A DNA stretch of 63,214 nt, the filler included, from Rhabdomonas costata (lineage: Eukaryota): NCBI GenBank assembly GCA_019059605.1. It is 37 parts of 37 records of this genome, joined end to end, with 100 filler letters (N's around TTAATTAATTAA, not from the genome) between each part and the next. Parts side by side here need not be neighbours in the genome. Positions count along the whole stretch, not along the records: positions 56,472 to 58,082 come from JAHMHO010012034.1; positions 58,183 to 59,792 come from JAHMHO010012035.1; positions 59,893 to 61,503 come from JAHMHO010012036.1; positions 61,604 to 63,214 come from JAHMHO010012037.1; 33 more parts are not named here. One strand, written 5' to 3'. Both the position numbers and the translations under genes were made by a program. Numbering within the stretch: position 1 is the first letter of the stretch; each line of letters starts with the position of its first letter. The notes under the pieces were generated by a model. That model was not told the DNA's origin. It saw only the letters and a list, made by a program, of their open reading frames with translations, and ran no database searches. Of the stretch, positions 57,712 to 63,214 are shown piece after piece.

Positions 57712-60700
57712 AAATCCACATTTTGACCAAAATGTATAACGTGCAAAGGATTTGGATGAGCAATATTAAGTTTGTACATTAATCATTTTAAAATTCATCA
57801 ATTTTGCTTCATCAACAATCCCACCTGCATTTAATTGGATCCAGGTGTGATTCCGTTTTGCTTCGAGCGAGTTGCCCGTTAATTCAGAACACGTGCTTTT
57901 TAGCCTGAGTATAGTGAAAACGTTTAAGCATATTATATGCATCCCCGCAAGCCCTGCAGCATTTTAAATAGCTACAGGGACTTACATGAGAAACGTATAT
58001 CATGCAAAACTATGCTTTTTGTGACGTAACTAATCCTGGCCAAAAAATACCATTGATATCCATACTAAAACAACCACAACACNNNNNNNNNNNNNNNNNN
58101 NNNNNNNNNNNNNNNNNNNNNNNNNNTTAATTAATTAANNNNNNNNNNNNNNNNNNNNNNNNNNNNNNNNNNNNNNNNNNNNGGGTGTTGGTTATCGCTT
58201 CCCATCAGAGCGCTCACTCCAAGATTGTGAAAGAGGTGTGAGCGCTCTGATGGGAAGCGATAATCAACACCTATCAATATAATTTGGTAATGTCTAGGCC
58301 TGATATGCATGCAAATGTCTGAATATTTATGCGGGGGATGGCACAGTTGGAAAGCAACCCTGGCTACATCGTCCGGCACCAGTACACCGCGGGAATTTTT
58401 CAAAACGAGTACGAGGAAATGTGCGCGATTGAGTTCGTCAGCCTGCCTTCTCTTTCGAGGTGTGCACGTTTTGTTGTTTTTCTTTTATATTGCAGCAGGT
58501 AGTGAGGTATTGTTTGTGTGGGACATTTATATTTTCGGGGAGGGGGGCGTTAAATGTTTCACGGCGGCCGTTTGGTACTTGTTCGCTCGATTGGGACAAA
58601 TTAGTTTAGAGGTGGAGGCCAGCCGCGGCGCTGCGGAACGGATGAAGTGGGTACGTGCCATGGTGAGTCATTCAAAAACTTGACTTTCGATGTTCAACGC
58701 CCCTACACCGGTGATTGGGTAAAGTGTGCCTGCACGCACTAAATGATGATAATGGTTTTCGAATGGGGTTAGGTATCCTGTCTCCTGCCCTCTACATGCA
58801 CTGTCCTTGTCACCCAAACGGTAGCCCCCCAATATAACATCCCCGTTTCTGTTGAATGTATGAAGTGAAAAGAAAACCGGTGAGTGACCAGTGCACCCAG
58901 ATGCTCTCGAGTGGGTCATAGACAGCCGTCGTCTTCGACGGCCTTTGACATCGCGAAGGTGCTGTGGAGACCCATGTGCCTTCCAACTAGCATAAATTTA
59001 CCAGGCCCAAGCTGGTCTAAAGCTCATCTGTTTTTTGACTTTTTTGACGTTTTGGGTTAGCTCGATGTTTGAGAATGAAGTGATTTCTGGTCTGCTCACG
59101 GAGATGAAGGACAAGTTCCTGGAAAACTGGTCGGTGACCATCCTCGTGCCCTCCACTGATGCACAGGGCGGAGTGATCTTCCGAGGTTGGTCCCACTGCC
59201 TGTGGACGAGCCTTGCCAATGCTATCCTTGATTACCGGAGCGAGCCGTTTGTGTGGGTGCCTGCATTCTGTAAGGCGCTTCAAAACGTCTGGAAAAGAAT
59301 GGCAGAAGGGTTTCTATGAATTTGCTTGTCCTTGCTTGCCGAACCTGAACCATCGCGGGTTGCTCCCCCGTTTGTGCGGGCATGCCTTTTGATGATGGTG
59401 ATGATGATGTTGTTTTGGGAAACATAGAAGAGGTCTTTTATTTGCCTGATTCCATTCTTTGTGAGATGCCCCTTGATCGCCGATATGCGGGACTGAAACC
59501 CGTTTTCGTGAACCAAAGCCGAACCTTAGCATCGCCCATTTGAATGCTGGCCCCAACCGCAACTGCAACGCTGAAACGTTTCAGCTTAAGATTCAAAGTA
59601 GTGGAATGATATACCCCTGCGATGAATCGTTAACCTTACCCGACACATGTACAAACACACACACTCTATTCCCGCTCTCTGCGTAGCGCGTTCCATCTGA
59701 AGCACGTCTGTGAAACATAACAGTTGTTTGGGGTGTGTTGTGACCTTGGGTGTTTTCTTATTCAGGCGCTGGTGCTGACGACAAACCCAACCNNNNNNNN
59801 NNNNNNNNNNNNNNNNNNNNNNNNNNNNNNNNNNNNTTAATTAATTAANNNNNNNNNNNNNNNNNNNNNNNNNNNNNNNNNNNNNNNNNNNNGTTTGTGG
59901 GTATGCCTTTGCATCACTTTTACTATTTATCTGTCTCCTCCCTCTTCCCACAATGTTCGACAACAAGCAGAGAATACATGCATTATGTACTATTATTGCA
60001 CTGCACGCCCACCTTTGGACTGATAGTAGTGGGCAATCGCGAGGAAATCCTCGTAGGAGCCCTGGCTGCCCAGAGCCTCGGCGTACGTCAGCATCTCGTG
60101 GTGTTGCTGGGCCACGGGAACGGAAGCAGCAAGAACAAACACCCATTTGACATGAAAGACAGAATACGGTGTGCACCATCAGGAAGGAGTGTTTGCGCCC
60201 GCGTTTCCATTCCTCTGTTAGTATGAAGATCTATCCCCATCCTCCTAAAGGCATAGAAACAACGATGCCACTCCAAGGACACGTCGGCCTGTATATGGCA
60301 ACGGGAAGCTGCCGTGCTGGAACCAAACCAGAGCGTAAGGAGCGCCCCTCCCGGCAGTTTGTCGGGTTCCTTAACCCATGCATCTTCCTCCTTCCACCAC
60401 CACCACCACCACCACTACTCGCATTAGAACGGCAGAAACCTGGGCAATCTCGAACGCCTCGTGCGTCTTCTTTGCGAGCAGCAGGAACTCAATCGCGGTG
60501 CGGTAGTCTCCCTAAGCGACGATGGAGCATTTAAAGACCCCCTTCAAACAAAAGCGTTCCCAAGAGGTCGAAAACTAACTCCCAGCCTTCACGAGCTGAA
60601 AACAGATCGGAAAAGTTCAGAAATTCTGGAAAGGGCATTACTCCGGTCACGAATCCCGGAGAGCTGAAGCATTACTGGAAGCATTACAGGAAGAACACAG

Positions 60701-62484
60701 CTTGGGAAAGGACAACAAGAACTGCTCGGACAAGTGGAGTGCCTACAGCAGATATACAGAAGAAGAAGAGTGCACTACTGAATAATGTCCGAACGCTGAA
60801 ATGGAAAGGCAGAACCTAATCACAAATCAACATTAAAACAATGTGAGACAAAGTCAGTGCAAAACCGAAGCCACGCCTGGCCTTCACCCAAGACGCACTG
60901 AGAGAGCGGGAGGACTGCAAACCTGGAACGTGTCGGGATGTGAGTGGGCTTTGGGGAGATGGGAGGGGGTCGGCATACGCTCTTCTTGCAGTGTTTCGCC
61001 ACGAGAGCCGCGGCTTCTGAAGAGCGCGTCTTGCGCACGATGAGATGCGCTGCGAAGGTAACAAGGCAGTGACGGACACAAGCAAAAACCGACAAGCTGA
61101 GTTAGTCATGTGCCTTTGTGCTCTTGACGCAATAAGAAAAAGCACAAAACGCACAAAATGGACAGACTTGCGGGCAAAAACCTTCAGTAAAATGATGACA
61201 AGTTAATAAGGCAAGTTCTTCTCAGGCTAAACTTGCAGTATCGCCGATCCACACCACAAACGTCTACCACAATTACACAAACCATAAAAACAACGTGACG
61301 CAGGAAAAATTCATCCAACATAGAAAGTAAGGCAACCGCGAGAACGGAGAGGCAGATGGAAAGAAACAGCAGAGGGGAAGGGCAGAGAATTTCAACGCCT
61401 CAGATTGTTGGACCCAATCACGCGCTATCTAGTGGACGGCTAGCAGCGACCACCGCTTTGCCTGTAGCCCTCATGCCAGCAATGTTCACGGCCAGCGGGC
61501 ACANNNNNNNNNNNNNNNNNNNNNNNNNNNNNNNNNNNNNNNNNNNNTTAATTAATTAANNNNNNNNNNNNNNNNNNNNNNNNNNNNNNNNNNNNNNNNN
61601 NNNGGTTTGTTTTGAGTCTGCCCTGGCATAAGCTTCCGACAAGTTCAGCTGAGAGCAGGGCCTCTGGCGTTAACGAAGGGCCAAAAAAGCAAGTATCTTC
61701 AGAAATATCGGCAAAGCAGCTCAAAAGATAACCTGAACCTCCTTTGGCGGCAGCCTGAGAACAGCTCTTGGCATGCTCGTTCTCCACGGCAAGACATTGC
61801 GCAAGTGAGACCACGGCCTGCGAAAAGAAGAGCAAGGACCCTTTACTCTTCACCACTTCCCAAAATGCAATGACACTTCCCTTCTGCCCCACTTTCCTGT
61901 TTCCTGGCAACATCCTCTTTATGGTGGTTCAGGAATGTTTCAGCCTTTTTCGAACAACCTGATGAGTGTGAGTAAATCATGCCTTGAGTTTCTGTGACAA
62001 GCTTTTGCAGAATTATCATTTCAGCTCTAACTCACTTTTGACATGACCCGCCCCATACTTAAACCACCCATGCATGAGCAGTACACTTGCAAGAACGAAA
62101 ATGGGAAACGGGCCCCGTGAGCTGCGAATGTCATTGCTCTACTGTGTGAAATTGCTGTTTTCAGCGGTCTTGAGGACGCGACAAGCAATGGTGAAAAGGG
62201 GAAGGAAGCGACCACGGTGGGATCTTTTCGCTTCACAGGCATGCTCTGTGCACGCTGCGGAGGGCCTCGCCTGGTTTTGGGTCTACCGCCAGAGGACGGG
62301 GCCTTCACCAGAGTAGAGGTGGCAGCACCCTCATCGGGAGCTTCGAAGCTTTCCAGCCTGCGGAAGTGATGCAGATGCTTGGGAAGAGATCACGTACAAT
62401 TTCGAAGACACACGTCAGAGCCGGTGTGATAACCGCAGAAGGGCAAAGGGGTTAAAAACGATGATGAGATAACATGGCGGAAAC

Positions 62485-62755
62485 CTCGGAGAAAGGTCCA
62501 GGTGCCTGGCCACCAGCGGGGCGGCCTTGAGGGGCTCGGGACCGGTTAGAGGCTGCGCCCCGGGTAGGATCACCCTAGCCAGGCCCACAGAAGGGGGCCG
62601 TAATCCCCCCAGCCTCCTCAAGCTGTCCGGGGCGGGGCCTGAGGGGGCGCGCGGGATGCGCCCCAGCTGCTGCATCGTGCCCAGAATCCTCATCGTTGTG
62701 GGGTCAGAGGAGCCCAGCCGTTCAGAAGCAATCTGAAGCGCTGCCTGGAATGACC
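62485..62755 (-). CDS. Possible exon with a TPR-like (kinesin-light-chain type) repeat end
   Basis: TTTCAG acceptor; SFQAALQIASERLGSSDPTTMRI resembles the AL.I....LG..HP.T consensus. Confidence 0.4.
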
Positions 62756-63048
62756 CTGAAAATGCAGACACAGACAGCATAGACAGAAAAAAGCCCAGCA
62801 CAGGTGTGAACAGTTACTACCCGCCAAAGCTTGGAAAGGAGATTGGAACAACGCGTTGCCCAGACCTTGCACTACAATCGGCTTTAGATCCAGAAGCCGC
62901 AGAACCCTGAAGAATACCCAAATACATTACGAAAGGCTAGCCAAAAACCTGCAACGTTTGTCAAAATTGAGGGCCACACCCCATTTGGTAAACCCCTTTT
63001 ACCCCAGTATCGACGTTGGGAGGAACTCGCTACATCCAAATTGACTCT

Positions 63049-63088
63049 GAAAGGGGCCTGAGAAAGGGGCCCTGAGAAAGGGGCATCA
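63049..63088. repeat. Short tandem repeat (GAAAGGGGCCTGA)x3, imperfect
   Basis: Three 13-14-bp units read directly from the sequence. Confidence 0.8.
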
Positions 63089-63214
63089 GACCTTGGACAC
63101 GTTTTCTTTTGACAAACGTTGTAGGCAGTCTGGAGAGGACCCGTCTCTCAGATAAAAAAGCCGCATGCAGGGCAGATGTCAAGGCGAAAGGTCCTCTCCT
63201 CAGAAAACAAAACC

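Noticed and set aside
57962-57977. TTTAAATAGCTACAG resembling part of a diplonemid spliced leader; CTTCTGAGTGT at 18841 resembling the euglenid one
   Set aside because: The matches are short and lack the rest of the leader and the following donor site
58605-58662. LEVEASRGAAERMKWVRAM resembling a PH-domain terminal helix
   Set aside because: Too short, and upstream exons could not be joined convincingly
59570-59585. 16-bp palindrome GCTGAAACGTTTCAGC
   Set aside because: Roughly one is expected by chance in about 60 kb; no associated feature

Overview
This window is not one contiguous locus. It is a concatenation of 37 short contigs (about 1.6 kb each) joined by an artificial 100-bp spacer (44 N + TTAATTAATTAA + 44 N), so nothing can be inferred across spacers. 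Most contigs start with a G/T-only run and end with an A/C-only run, the footprint of GenomePlex-type whole-genome amplification. The DNA is mostly nuclear sequence of an intron-rich protist, most likely a euglenozoan such as a euglenid. This is an inference from beta-COP similarity, GTNYGY/GC splice donors, TTAGGG repeats and several bacterial-type class III cyclases. Spliced gene fragments reconstructed by hand: beta-COP, class III adenylyl cyclase exons on two contigs, a SET/SMYD methyltransferase, a CBS-domain protein, TSP1-repeat exons, a SIR2_2/FAM118-like domain, an EF-hand protein, an AGC kinase, a kelch plus Cys-rich protein, a NOL9/Grc3-like exon, a MORN protein and weaker EXS, PPR, UBL and TPR fragments. 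One contig (56472-58082) carries a decayed bacterial yihY-tsaE/rlmE segment joined to a RING/U-box-like relic. The best leads are that segment, the intron-bounded immune-type SIR2 domain, and a perfect palindrome at a frame break in beta-COP. Most ORFs in the supplied track are spurious. All family assignments come from motif recognition by eye; no database searches were run.
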